Assembly (NCBI GenBank): GCA_049287345.1 | Contig: JBAQFQ010000010.1 | Span: 7,795-71,794 of the forward strand | Direction: 5' to 3' | Origin: Candidatus Moraniibacteriota bacterium | GTDB lineage: Bacteria; Patescibacteriota; Minisyncoccia; Moranbacterales; UBA9337 | DNA length: 64,000 nucleotides | Part shown: positions 18,898 to 29,201 of the stretch, piece by piece | How the letters are laid out: each line of letters starts with the position of its first letter | How positions within the stretch are numbered: position 1 is the first letter of the stretch | Notes under the pieces: generated by a model | Databases searched by the model: none | Told to the model about the DNA's origin: nothing | The model's input: the letters and a program-made list of their open reading frames with translations, nothing else | Program-made: the position numbers and the translations under genes

Positions 18898-18929
18898 AAA
18901 AGTATATACCTAGGTATATACTTTTTTTA
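18898..18929. terminator. Bidirectional terminator
   Basis: AGTATATACC/GGTATATACT stem followed by TTTTTTT. Confidence 0.8.
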
Positions 18930-18954
18930 TTGAAACTTTTTTAAATACTAGGAA

Positions 18955-20070
18955 TTATTCCTCAACTACCTCAGTAGTTTCCGTTGAAGAAACAGGCTTT
19001 CCAGTTAAAATAGCATCGATTGAATCTCGCAATTCTTTTCCATCTACAGCTCCATTTTTAAATTGATCATTGATAAAAATAGCAGGGGTACCAGAAATTC
19101 CAAATTCATTAGCCTCAGCCAAATCACTCTCTATCTTGCTCTTGTATTTTTCATCATTAAGACATTGAGTAAATTGAGCCGTGTTTAACTTTAAGTTGGC
19201 AGCATAGTTAATGAAAGATTTATTATCTTTTTCAGCTCCCCAAATTTTTTGATTTACAAACAATTTATCTGAATATTCCAAAAATTTCCCTTGCTCATGA
19301 GCACATTCACCAGCCATTGCCGCTGTCATTGCTCGAGGATGAATAGACTCCAATGGTAGGTTTTTGAAAACAAATTGAACCTTGTCTCCATACTCCTTCA
19401 CTATTGAATCCATAGTTTTTTGGAATTGTTGACAATAAGGACATTGAAAATCAGAAAACTCTATCAATTTAACCTTAGCATCGTCTGGTCCAAATTTTAT
19501 GGCGTTTTCACCAACTTTAGGAGTTTCTAGATATTTCCCTACTGGTAATCCAGCTTTGGTTGAATCCATTAAATATTTACCATTCTTTTCAACAAAAATT
19601 GCTTTGGCTTGTCCAAAAATTTCAGTATCCTCAATCTCTTTTCCAAAAATAAAGGCAGGTAAAGTTTTGATCTTGAAATCCTCAAGCATTTTTTGACCCT
19701 CAGGAGAATTAAAAGATACTTTATTAGAAAGCATAGTTGGCATCACCTTTCTTAAAGAAAGTACTACTTCATCAGTATTACAAGCCTCACAAGTCTCATC
19801 ATTTATCACAGTTACATCAATAATTGGATCACTATACGCTACCCAAGTTTTTCCATCTAATTGGAAAAGGTCCTTATTGTTTAAAACTTTTTGAGAAATT
19901 CCACCACCTTTAATCAATTGGGAAAAATCCACAAAAAGACTTCCCACAAAAAGACCAGCTAATAAAATAACCAAAGAAGTTAAATTTTTGATTTTTTTAT
20001 TACTCTCTTCCACTACTCCACCAATAACCTCATTATCCTCATCTATTTCTGTTTTATTTTCTTCGTTCAT
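18955..20070 (-). CDS. Membrane-anchored DsbA-family thiol-disulfide oxidoreductase
   Basis: N-terminal TM helix, thioredoxin fold with a CPYC active site. Confidence 0.8.
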   Translation of the reverse strand: MNEENKTEIDEDNEVIGGVVEESNKKIKNLTSLVILLAGLFVGSLFVDFSQLIKGGGISQKVLNNKDLFQLDGKTWVAYSDPIIDVTVINDETCEACNTDEVVLSLRKVMPTMLSNKVSFNSPEGQKMLEDFKIKTLPAFIFGKEIEDTEIFGQAKAIFVEKNGKYLMDSTKAGLPVGKYLETPKVGENAIKFGPDDAKVKLIEFSDFQCPYCQQFQKTMDSIVKEYGDKVQFVFKNLPLESIHPRAMTAAMAGECAHEQGKFLEYSDKLFVNQKIWGAEKDNKSFINYAANLKLNTAQFTQCLNDEKYKSKIESDLAEANEFGISGTPAIFINDQFKNGAVDGKELRDSIDAILTGKPVSSTETTEVVEE

Positions 20071-20150
20071 AGATTTTTACTTTTACCCAAGCGCCTTATT
20101 TTGATACTCGCCTAGGCAATATTAATTTAATTATATATTTATATTTCTAT

Positions 20151-20459
20151 TTATTCATTTTCACCAGCCGCTGGATTAGCTGCTTGATTGGCTTCCTCTT
20201 TAGCCTTTTTGCTTTCCTCAAGTAACCGCTTTTCAATCTCCGCCAAATCATAACCTTGGGTGCCGCCACTTACTTTATAATCACTGAAGCCGATGCTTAA
20301 TTTCTTTAGAGATTCAGCTTTAATCATCACCCCTAGCAACAGACCAATAATCAAAATCAAAATAACTTCTGTTCGATAATTTTTCCTTAACGCATCCCTC
20401 TCCTCAATCACCTCTTCGATTTGAGCATCTTGCACATCATTTTTTTCTTGATCTTCCAT
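20151..20459 (-). CDS. Small membrane protein, hypothetical
   Basis: One TM helix and a charged coiled segment. Confidence 0.5.
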   Translation of the reverse strand: MEDQEKNDVQDAQIEEVIEERDALRKNYRTEVILILIIGLLLGVMIKAESLKKLSIGFSDYKVSGGTQGYDLAEIEKRLLEESKKAKEEANQAANPAAGENE

Positions 20460-20888
20460 ATTTTTTATATTAACAATTTACTCCTTTAAAAATATATTTG
20501 AAATAAAAATATTTTTTAACAAATACACAGCCCCGATGTTTAAATTACTGCAGTCTCAGTTTATGAAAAATAATATTCAGATACGTAAGCCCTAAAATAT
20601 TCCAATAACAAAATTTAATCGGATGTAAGTCTTTTAAGTATAACAACTATCAAAAATCTAGCAATATTGACAAATTTAAACTTTATTGCGTTGACCGTTA
20701 ATCATCATCAATTTACAATCTTCATCCAGGCAACTTTTTTTATTTTTTTATTTTTCATTGACAAAAAGCTTTAAATATGCAACTATTAGATTAATCAGAT
20801 CAGAACTGTAAGAGAAGCAAAGTCGACTTTTATCAAACAGTATTCTGTATTTGAATATTAATCAACAAGCTTATCTTACAAAAAAACG

Positions 20889-21089
20889 ATGAACAAAGGA
20901 AAAATTGCTCGTCTTACTGATAGAGGATTTGGCTTTATATCTCAAGATGGTGAAGAGAAAGATCTTTTCTTCCATGCATCTGAATTACAAGGTATGGAGT
21001 TCAATGAACTTAAAGAAGGAGACGCTGTAACATTTGAAGTGAAAGATGGTCCTAAGGGTCCTAACGCTGTGAATGTTAACAGAGCTTAA
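20889..21089 (+). CDS. cspA: Cold-shock protein (CspA family)
   Basis: GFGFI RNP-1 motif, FFH RNP-2; long 5' UTR with a candidate TTGACA promoter near 20757. Confidence 0.93.
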   Translation: MNKGKIARLTDRGFGFISQDGEEKDLFFHASELQGMEFNELKEGDAVTFEVKDGPKGPNAVNVNRA

Positions 21090-21096
21090 ATACAAC

Positions 21097-21128
21097 AAAA
21101 AACACCTCTATTATGGAGGTGTTTTTTA
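21097..21128. terminator. Bidirectional terminator after csp
   Basis: ACACCTC-tattatg-GAGGTGT followed by TTTTTT. Confidence 0.85.
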
Positions 21129-22283
21129 TTTGGCTATTTCTGACAAAATACCGATAAATCGTTTGGCTGACCTAGTCCAGGAAAATTTCTGCAGCTGCTT
21201 AATTCTTTTTACAACTAACTGGGCTTGCAATTCTTTGTCCAATAATAGATTTCTCAAAGCTAGGGCAATTTCATCTGGGCGATCAGCATCTACCAAGAGC
21301 CCCGCCTCGCCCACTGTCTCAATTAAGGACGAGTTGTTGGAAGCTACCACTGGTAGTCCACATTTCAAGGCTTCCAAGGGTGGGATACCAAAGCCCTCAA
21401 AAAAGGAGGGATAGACAAAGGCACTCGCTAAATTATAGACAAAGACTTTGTCTTCATTTTCAATAAAATTAACAACCTGAATAGATTTTCTATATTTTGA
21501 TTTTCTAATACTTTTTCTAATTTCCATAGATTTCCAACCCTCTGAACCAGCGATTACTAAACTATACTTATTTAAATCTCTATGCTGTTCATCTCTCAAT
21601 AATTCATAAGCCCTTACGATTCCGACAATATTTTTTCTAGGCTCAAAAGTGCCCAGAAATAAAATAAAATTAAAAGGTAGCTTATATTTATCTTTTACAA
21701 CTAAAAGCTGTGGGTTATTTCTATCCACTCGCATAAATTCATCCGACACACCATTATAAACAACATCAATTTTAGCCGGATTAATTTTATAAAAATTTAC
21801 CAAATCCTCCTTAGTAGATTGAGAAACCGCCATAATTCTATCCGCTTGCTGACTTAATTTTCTCGGATTAACAAAGGTATGCCAAAGCCGACGCTTAAAG
21901 GAAAAGGTCTCTGGATAGTATTCAAAAGAAAGATCATGCATTGTTAAAATTAAACGACTATCCCCAGAAAGCGCCACAAAATTTAAATTGGGCATAAAAA
22001 AAATGTCTACCCCACCTAAAAGTTTATCTAGCTTTGGCCAATTAAGATACCACAAAGATAGGTTAAGCAATTTATTAGGAAAATGAAAAAACTTTATTTT
22101 GACATTTTTATACTGCTTTAACCATTGGATATCTATGGATGATTTTCTCCAAGAATTCAAAAAAAGAATATACTCATTTTTTGCATCCTCCCTAAAAACC
22201 TTATCTAAAAAATTAACCACATATTCCTCCACTCCAGTTCTGCGACCCTCAGATAAACATCGTATGTCTATTCCTATTCTCAT
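21126..22283 (-). CDS. GT4-family glycosyltransferase
   Basis: EGFGIPPLEA motif and a GT-B fold. ATG at 22283 (MRIGIDIR); the track start at 22328 is TTG and would overlap repeat copy 3. Confidence 0.8.
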   Translation of the reverse strand: MRIGIDIRCLSEGRRTGVEEYVVNFLDKVFREDAKNEYILFLNSWRKSSIDIQWLKQYKNVKIKFFHFPNKLLNLSLWYLNWPKLDKLLGGVDIFFMPNLNFVALSGDSRLILTMHDLSFEYYPETFSFKRRLWHTFVNPRKLSQQADRIMAVSQSTKEDLVNFYKINPAKIDVVYNGVSDEFMRVDRNNPQLLVVKDKYKLPFNFILFLGTFEPRKNIVGIVRAYELLRDEQHRDLNKYSLVIAGSEGWKSMEIRKSIRKSKYRKSIQVVNFIENEDKVFVYNLASAFVYPSFFEGFGIPPLEALKCGLPVVASNNSSLIETVGEAGLLVDADRPDEIALALRNLLLDKELQAQLVVKRIKQLQKFSWTRSAKRFIGILSEIAK

Positions 22284-22307
22284 ATTCGTAAAATTACTCC
22301 CAATTAA

Positions 22308-22378
22308 AAGGTATTGACCACTGGGCAAGCCCTAGGCTCTACATGCGGCAAGCTGCAAAGAATTTACCCAAGGGGAAA
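22308..22378. repeat. Divergent partial copy 3 of the roughly 100-nt intergenic element
   Basis: AAAAGGTATTGACC...GCAAGCCCT.GGCTCTAC...GCAAGCTGCAAAGAATTTACCCAA aligns with copies 1 and 2. Confidence 0.55.
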
Positions 22379-22499
22379 TAATTATTCCATCCAAGACCGG
22401 TCATTAAATAGGTTATACTACAAACCCAAATGAACATATTGCCACCTCTTCAATATCCAACAGTTTAAGGCCTTTTGAAATTTTTAGCAAAGAATAAAT

Positions 22500-23087
22500 T
22501 TAATCCTTCAAATAGTGCCGAATAAGCACCGCCCAGACTCCCAAAAAAATCCCCCCACTCAACCAAGCCAATATTAAGTTAGTTAGACCTATTCCAGCTT
22601 GACTTGCAATTGGATAACTCACTAACACTCTAAACCATTGTGGGTTTTTTTGTTCCAAATTTAATTCCGAAATCTTGGTATTAATCACTGTATCAATTGC
22701 GCTAGCTACTGACTGCGACCATTCTTTATTTGCTACGACAAAAGAAACTCTTATCATCTGGGAGGATAATCTCTCCGCCTTAAGTTTTTCAAACTGAGCC
22801 GTTCCTATTTTTTTGTTAATTTCATTTTTAATTACCTCCGAACCCAACCAACGCACTACTGTATCGGCAAACCTTTCATCCGCCTGAAGACGATAAAATT
22901 CATCATAACGATATTCATTAGTTTCCTTTTGATAGCCAGTCCTGGTTACATTGAGATCTAACTCTACTTTATATTTATTTACTCGCAATAGTTGCCCAAC
23001 ACTCCCCACCAAACAAACCAAACCCAAAGTAATTAAAAATACTTTATAATTTTCCTTAAATATTTTTATATACTCTCTCAATTCCAT
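22500..23087 (-). CDS. Membrane protein with N- and C-terminal TM helices (Wzz-like topology), hypothetical
   Basis: Topology only. Confidence 0.5.
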   Translation of the reverse strand: MELREYIKIFKENYKVFLITLGLVCLVGSVGQLLRVNKYKVELDLNVTRTGYQKETNEYRYDEFYRLQADERFADTVVRWLGSEVIKNEINKKIGTAQFEKLKAERLSSQMIRVSFVVANKEWSQSVASAIDTVINTKISELNLEQKNPQWFRVLVSYPIASQAGIGLTNLILAWLSGGIFLGVWAVLIRHYLKD

Positions 23088-23259
23088 ACTTTAAATTAAT
23101 TTTTAATTATTGATTTTAAATTTTTAGTCAATTTTATAAATAATAAATTTTTAATGTTTTCATACAATATATTTCTAAACATCCCATAAGATTTTAGCCA
23201 TTAAATCATTTGATATTGATTTGAAATTTAAAATTTGAAATTTAAAATTTTTCAATATA

Positions 23260-24939
23260 CTACTTATCTTTCGGGGTTACCCAAAACTCAGTAAAATATT
23301 TTTTAATCAAAATTCTAGTCTGAGAATCAATCGCTGGCATCGCTCCCAATGTCGGAGCGATTATCGGTATTAGTAACCACTGAAAAAACATATTAAGATA
23401 CTTCCAGCGAGAATATTTAGCTGGTCGCTCCGGCATCAAAATAAAACTCAGTGACATAGAAATAATCAAACCAAACATCGCCAAGCTCATTAATCCTCTA
23501 GTAATAAAAGGCAAGTTATGAGCTAAAACACTTTCATTAAACTCACTCCCCCCAAAAATAAGAGGCATCCAACCCAAAAAGGCTAGAATAAAAGGAGCAG
23601 TCGCCCAAGAATGGTGACCTTCTAGCATCTCAAAAGCAATGTGCAATTTTCTACTTAACTTTATTGATTTATTTTTCCAAATAGCCCTCATAATAATTGG
23701 AAAATTTTCTATCCCATATGCCCAACGCCTTTTCTGAAAATATTGATTTTTTATAGTTTGCCAATATGTTTTAGCCAACACCGCATCCAATGAAATTGGT
23801 AAATATATAGGAGTCACCTGATAATCTCCATTATAAAAAGCAAAACACTTCCAATAAATAATTGAATCTTCACTGATCATATTTACTGGCCAGAAATCTA
23901 CATTTACCAACGTTGCAAACGGCTCACTATGCGAAGAAAAGGTAACCATCTCCTTTCTAGTGCTTTGAAACATATGCCAAAAAGAAGAACTCGTAACAAT
24001 CACCCGCACGAAAGCATTCGTATCCCATAAGTTGTTATGATACATCGGGATTGGCTGATATGAGCGCTGTAGGCGCTTGGGATCAATAATATAGTTATAA
24101 GTGAGGGCAGCGAAGTATTCTCGATGACAGACACTATCACAATCAAAATTAGAAAATAAGACTTTTTCAAAATCGACATCTCGCTCTTTCAGATATTTCA
24201 TCAGCTCCTTAGCAGCAAAAGTAGCATTAGAAGCCTTACATTTCATCTCACCATCCGCCACAATATGCGTAGTCACTAAAAAATCCCGAAAGACACCACT
24301 GAATTTATCTTTCAGGTAATTAACTTTTTTTAACCGCTGCTCGGCGTTTTCACGTTCCTCTGTGGCTAAAAGAATTATTATTTGTTTATTAGGAAAATTA
24401 CTTTGGGCAATTGCTTCGATAGTGGGCTCAATTACCTCCGCTGGCTCACCAGCGGTAGGGAGCATCACCACATGAACAATTTTTCGCCAATCCCAAATCT
24501 CTGCTTCTTTGCCCTTAAATTTAGAAACTTCTCGGCATTCTGTCTTTAAAAAACTAATTTCTTTTCTTATTTTTCTCTTTTGACTAAAGGAAAGTCTTTC
24601 CTTTAATACATTTTTCAAATCACCAATTCTCGTTGTCAGCATATCCACATAAGCTTCAGGATTTCCAATATTTTGACATCTCTCCCACCAATTGGTATTT
24701 TTTCCGCGGACCAATCGCCGATAAGCAGTCACCGAGTAAGTAGAGATAAAAATAGTTCGATGAATCCAATAAATATCAAACATTATAATAAATACTGAAA
24801 CCCACACTGGTAGCAAAAATGACAACAGCGGCATCCCAATAAGCGTTGACCAGGTCAAAATTCCTGGAATTACTTCCAGAGCTCTTTGCACTTTTTTATC
24901 AGTTGGATCTTGAGGATAAGGACTTGGAAAGTTAAACAT
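23260..24939 (-). CDS. Processive family 2 glycosyltransferase (cellulose-synthase-like), integral membrane
   Basis: QKRRWAYG (QxxRW) motif, multiple TM helices. ATG at 24939; the track start at 24945 is TTG. Confidence 0.75.
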   Translation of the reverse strand: MFNFPSPYPQDPTDKKVQRALEVIPGILTWSTLIGMPLLSFLLPVWVSVFIIMFDIYWIHRTIFISTYSVTAYRRLVRGKNTNWWERCQNIGNPEAYVDMLTTRIGDLKNVLKERLSFSQKRKIRKEISFLKTECREVSKFKGKEAEIWDWRKIVHVVMLPTAGEPAEVIEPTIEAIAQSNFPNKQIIILLATEERENAEQRLKKVNYLKDKFSGVFRDFLVTTHIVADGEMKCKASNATFAAKELMKYLKERDVDFEKVLFSNFDCDSVCHREYFAALTYNYIIDPKRLQRSYQPIPMYHNNLWDTNAFVRVIVTSSSFWHMFQSTRKEMVTFSSHSEPFATLVNVDFWPVNMISEDSIIYWKCFAFYNGDYQVTPIYLPISLDAVLAKTYWQTIKNQYFQKRRWAYGIENFPIIMRAIWKNKSIKLSRKLHIAFEMLEGHHSWATAPFILAFLGWMPLIFGGSEFNESVLAHNLPFITRGLMSLAMFGLIISMSLSFILMPERPAKYSRWKYLNMFFQWLLIPIIAPTLGAMPAIDSQTRILIKKYFTEFWVTPKDK

Positions 24940-24993
24940 ATACAATATTTTTGATTATTCTTTTTTTAAATTAATTTATCACCACCCATTTGC

Positions 24994-25353
24994 TTAAAAA
25001 TAATTCACTAAAATTAAAGCCCCACTTGCTACACTTATTCCCAGCTGAATAATTAAAGTAGTTAAAGATAAGATGTGAGAAAGCATTCGTTCTTTTTTCG
25101 AAAAAAAATAAATAGCTAAAATTAAGTTAATCACCGCAAAAAAAGCACCAATGGCTGGCACTAGAAATAATTGTGTACTTTTACCCATCAGATCCACCCC
25201 CAAATAAACGTTGTAATGTAAAATAATTAAATTATTTAGCTCTCTGACAAAATAAAATAAAAAAACAAAGTTTAAAATATTAATCAAAAAAGATATCCCA
25301 AATATGGTTATCAGTAGATTATTTTTAAAAAATTCTTTAATATCCGCTATCAT
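24994..25353 (-). CDS. Small polytopic membrane protein, hypothetical
   Basis: Three to four hydrophobic helices. Confidence 0.5.
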   Translation of the reverse strand: MIADIKEFFKNNLLITIFGISFLINILNFVFLFYFVRELNNLIILHYNVYLGVDLMGKSTQLFLVPAIGAFFAVINLILAIYFFSKKERMLSHILSLTTLIIQLGISVASGALILVNYF

Positions 25354-25359
25354 ATAGAC

Positions 25360-25968
25360 TTATTTCTTTAAAACTGAAACTATCTGCTTTATCTTTGGAA
25401 CCTTACTAAAAACTATTTCATGAGGCTCTTTAAAAGTATTGATCAAAAATCTATCCAGCATATTGAGACGATAATTCAACTCTTCACCAGTTAAAACCAT
25501 ATATCGAATCTCTTTGCCCACCTCCGCCTCTAAATGATTAATCAATGTCTTTAATTTAACACGGCTAATATTATCCACCACCAAAAGCAAATCCAATTTG
25601 CCCTTAGCATAATTCATAAAAACACCCGTAGTCAAAACCAACTTTACATCCCCCACCTTTTTGATATTTGCCAAACTACTACATTGAGGAAAAATATCTG
25701 ATTTAATTACCAATCTCTCCAATTCTTGATAAAAAGGGAAATTAGTATTTGTTTGATAAAATTTCTTTCCCTTTCTGGTTTTTTCCCTGATAAAATCAGC
25801 CTTTCTGAAAGACTTCAATTCTTTACGCGCCTCAGCTGAATTTAAGATATTTTTACTAATAATATCTGAAAAGGAATAATCCTGACTATTATTCAAAATA
25901 AAAAAACGCATCATTCGAGCCCTCGATTTTGAACCAAATAATATTTCTAAAACTTGAACTGCAGACAT
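25360..25968 (-). CDS. Hypothetical protein (202 aa)
   Basis: ORF with ATG; no recognisable motifs. Confidence 0.5.
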   Translation of the reverse strand: MSAVQVLEILFGSKSRARMMRFFILNNSQDYSFSDIISKNILNSAEARKELKSFRKADFIREKTRKGKKFYQTNTNFPFYQELERLVIKSDIFPQCSSLANIKKVGDVKLVLTTGVFMNYAKGKLDLLLVVDNISRVKLKTLINHLEAEVGKEIRYMVLTGEELNYRLNMLDRFLINTFKEPHEIVFSKVPKIKQIVSVLKK

Positions 25969-26224
25969 ACTTTATATAGAGTTAATTAATAATTAAAATT
26001 CCTCAAAAGAAACTATGCATTCTTTGATGTTTTCGGTAATTATTTTGAACTCAAATTTTACCGTTATTCTTAAAGGTATTTGGCAAGACCTATTTCAAGG
26101 GCATTTCCAAACCAGTTCTTTCTAAGACTTAGTTTAATACCAAAAAAACAAAAAGTAAATATTTACCATTCTGGGAAAAATGGGATAATATAAGCCAAGC
26201 AACTCCTAAATTTATCCGACTCGC

Positions 26225-26782
26225 TTAAACAGTCATGATATCCTGCTCTTTCTTTTCTCTCAATTCATCTACTTTTTTATTATAATCATTGATCACTTCT
26301 TGCAATCTCTCCTTACCTCTAAACTTATCATCCTCAGCAATTTCTCCTGATTTTTGTGCCTCCTGAATTTCCTGCCAAGTTTCCTCTCGCACATTTCTAA
26401 TAGAAATTCTCGCTTCTTCCGCTTTTTTATTTAAAACTTTTACCAATTCCATTCTGCGTTCTTCATTTAAGGCTGGAATATTGATGCGAATAACTTCCCC
26501 ATCATTGTTAGGAGTTAAATTTAAATCAGACGTTTTAATCGCCGCCTCAATGCTTGCCAAACTATCCCTGCTCCAAGGTTGGATAAGCAAAGTTCTTGGC
26601 TCAGGCACATTAATGTTGGCCATTTGTCGAATAGGGGTACGTACTCCGTAATAATCCACCATCAAATCTTCCAAAATAGTAGGATTGGCTCGACCAGTTC
26701 TTATTTTTGTCATCTCATTTTTAAAATGTTCCATCGCCCCATCCAAATCACTTTTTTTATCCTCTATAATTTTCTTGTACAT
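26225..26782 (-). CDS. frr: Ribosome recycling factor
   Basis: Full-length RRF signature (MYKKIIED...VDYYG...NIPALNEERRMELVK). Confidence 0.93.
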   Translation of the reverse strand: MYKKIIEDKKSDLDGAMEHFKNEMTKIRTGRANPTILEDLMVDYYGVRTPIRQMANINVPEPRTLLIQPWSRDSLASIEAAIKTSDLNLTPNNDGEVIRINIPALNEERRMELVKVLNKKAEEARISIRNVREETWQEIQEAQKSGEIAEDDKFRGKERLQEVINDYNKKVDELREKKEQDIMTV

Positions 26783-26818
26783 ATTTTTATAAAATAAAAA
26801 ATTACTTAATTGGTTTTA

Positions 26819-27868
26819 TTATTGAAAACTTCTCAAACTAGCGTAGATTGTATTAACATCACTCGGGTTAAAAATAATTTTTGAAATTAATTTTCCAGTG
26901 TTTAGTTGAAAGGTGGACCAATTTTTCCCACCATCTACTGATCGATAAATAGCTTGTGCCGCACTATAAACTATCTCTTCTGAATTTTGTGGATTAATTG
27001 CCAACGAACGAATCGGAAAACTCTTGGCTGTAGCTAAAACATTTATCTCCGCAAAAGTTTCTCCTGCATTGCTACTTTTAAAAATTCCATTATTAGTTCC
27101 CACATAAATCCAACCACTATCATTATCGCTTACCGCCAAAGAATACGGTTTGCCCAACTCGCTACTCGCTGCTCCCAAGTTATTGCCCACTATTTTAAAA
27201 TTATCCCCAGCCGCTCCGGAAACTAAAACCTGACTTTCATAAACTAAATAATAAATATGACTATCAGCACCTCCACCTATGATTATTTTGCTAATTGGAC
27301 CAGCGGCCGTATAGATACTGCGCCAAGTTTCGCCGCCATCCACTGTTTTTAATATAATCCCATTTGAAGTTCCCACATACAAAACAGCTGGGTCATTTTT
27401 ATCCATGGCCATAGAAATAATCATTGTTCCGTCAGCCGGCTCAGTATAAACCTCTTGCCATTCTTCTCCATAATCGCTAGTTTTATAAATTTTTCCCCGC
27501 TCGCCTAGCACACCACTAGCGTAAATCTCGCTCGGTTTAGAATAATTAACCGCCAAAGTATAAACTTTATTAGCGGGAAATTTTATTTTTTTCCAAGTTT
27601 CCGCTCCGTCCTCAGAAAAAACTATACCTTTATCTTTGGTACCCAAATAAATTCTATCATTATCAAGCGGATCAATTACCATCTCCAGGGCATCTACCTT
27701 TGCTAAAGTTTGTTTTTCATCTACTTTCCTTTTAAGCTCCCAACTGACTCCAGAATCTGAAGTTTTCAAGACACCCCCAGTTTCCCCACTTGAGCTACCA
27801 CTCAAAGAGCAACCCGTTATCAAAAAAATAATACTAGAAAAACAAATACCCAAAAATAACTTATTCAT
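26819..27868 (-). CDS. Lipoprotein with BNR/Ycf48-like repeats (beta-propeller)
   Basis: Lipobox LITGCS; six S/T-x-D-G-G-x-T-W repeats. Confidence 0.75.
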   Translation of the reverse strand: MNKLFLGICFSSIIFLITGCSLSGSSSGETGGVLKTSDSGVSWELKRKVDEKQTLAKVDALEMVIDPLDNDRIYLGTKDKGIVFSEDGAETWKKIKFPANKVYTLAVNYSKPSEIYASGVLGERGKIYKTSDYGEEWQEVYTEPADGTMIISMAMDKNDPAVLYVGTSNGIILKTVDGGETWRSIYTAAGPISKIIIGGGADSHIYYLVYESQVLVSGAAGDNFKIVGNNLGAASSELGKPYSLAVSDNDSGWIYVGTNNGIFKSSNAGETFAEINVLATAKSFPIRSLAINPQNSEEIVYSAAQAIYRSVDGGKNWSTFQLNTGKLISKIIFNPSDVNTIYASLRSFQ

Positions 27869-27983
27869 AATTTGTTAAAAATAAAGTTTAATTCTATCCT
27901 ACTGGCTATTATATAGGGAAAATCAAAAAAAATCCAACAACAAAAAATACCCTGGATAAAATATTAATCCCCACGCTTGCGAA

Positions 27984-29177
27984 CTATTTCACCTCTCGAA
28001 TTTCAGCGCTTACTGGGCAAGCTGGCATTTGGCAAGTTGTTATAGTCTCCTGATTTGTACAATTTGTTCTGATTAAACCATCAGTTTTATGCCCCCGTCC
28101 ACATTGAACATCACAAACACCCACCTTGGTATAAGCGTTGCAATTTACATAAGTAGTTGCCACCGCACTACCCGTACTATTTGTAGTATCTTTTTTTGTA
28201 CAACTAGCCTTAAAAGAATTAATTCCATTAGTGCCATATGTCGCTATCGTAACAGAGGCCTGATGGCTAGTTACATCACCCGAATTAAACATTTTTGGCG
28301 ATGAAGTGATACCAGGGCCAGTAAGTATACATTCGCAACCCTTGCTATCACTGCCACAACTTCCTGATGCTAAATTAGTTATATTCCAGTTCAGAGTTAT
28401 ATTTTGTGGATTATTTAATGTTATACTATCGGGCGTATTTAATTTAAGTCTTGCTCCTGAAGTAGATGGAGGGGTAGCTGTTAGGGTTACTGTTGGCACC
28501 GGCACGTAAGGTGCACTACAGCTATCATTTGTCGCCGCACCTCGACAAGTCCAAACCCACTTATTTCCACTCTTTACTGGGGTTGTACTGCTAGTACTAA
28601 AATAGCAACGCTTATCTGCCGCAGGTGCAGCTCCGGTGGCGATGGCCTCAGTCTCGGCATTGCAAACTCCACAAACCCTCGGGTTAGGAACATCCGAACA
28701 AACTGGTCCTTCAATTTTTTCTGAACCAAATTCTTTACCAGTGGAAATATCGCACGTAGTCCATTTTTTGTAACCAGTAATTCCTGTGCAGGTGCACTTA
28801 TCTGGTTGAGCCACACAAGTAGTAACATCTCTGCCGCATGTCCCAATAGTATGACAACCACCAATGTCATCACAATTAATTGAACCAGGTCCGCAATTAT
28901 CACAATAAGCATCAACATGCTTAGCGGGGAGGCAATGTTGATCCCATGGGGGACCAAAACAAAGTTCAGGAAGATCTACGGCACCATGGCAACTATCATA
29001 ATTTGTGTTACTTGGATTGCAAAGATCCGGATTCCAGCAAACAAAACTTGTCGTACATTTATCTGGTTGAGGCGTACAAGTCACACTATAAGCTACCGCG
29101 AGATCAATATGCCCAAAAAACAAAAAACCTCCGCCAACCAAAAAACTCAGCATTAAGGTAAGAAAATTATGTTTCAT
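27984..29177 (-). CDS. Secreted, extremely cysteine-rich protein (397 aa, about 45 Cys), hypothetical
   Basis: Signal peptide; Cys/Gly/Thr/Pro-rich body; markedly higher GC than the flanks. Confidence 0.65.
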   Translation of the reverse strand: MKHNFLTLMLSFLVGGGFLFFGHIDLAVAYSVTCTPQPDKCTTSFVCWNPDLCNPSNTNYDSCHGAVDLPELCFGPPWDQHCLPAKHVDAYCDNCGPGSINCDDIGGCHTIGTCGRDVTTCVAQPDKCTCTGITGYKKWTTCDISTGKEFGSEKIEGPVCSDVPNPRVCGVCNAETEAIATGAAPAADKRCYFSTSSTTPVKSGNKWVWTCRGAATNDSCSAPYVPVPTVTLTATPPSTSGARLKLNTPDSITLNNPQNITLNWNITNLASGSCGSDSKGCECILTGPGITSSPKMFNSGDVTSHQASVTIATYGTNGINSFKASCTKKDTTNSTGSAVATTYVNCNAYTKVGVCDVQCGRGHKTDGLIRTNCTNQETITTCQMPACPVSAEIREVK

Positions 29178-29201
29178 ATTTTAAATTTAATTAATTATCT
29201 T

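Noticed and set aside
23215-23255. CRISPR array among the AT-rich tandem repeats (for example 23215-23255, 32540-32575, 58440-58560)
   Set aside because: Repeat units are only 7-10 nt and directly tandem with no unique spacers of 25-40 nt. No cas genes are in the window.
28089-29161. Several plus-strand ORFs (28089..28304, 28306..28509, 28917..29156, 28946..29161) and the nested minus ORF 28574..28957
   Set aside because: Artefacts of the locally GC-rich sequence of the Cys-rich protein gene; all are contained within the well-supported 27984..29177 minus-strand CDS.
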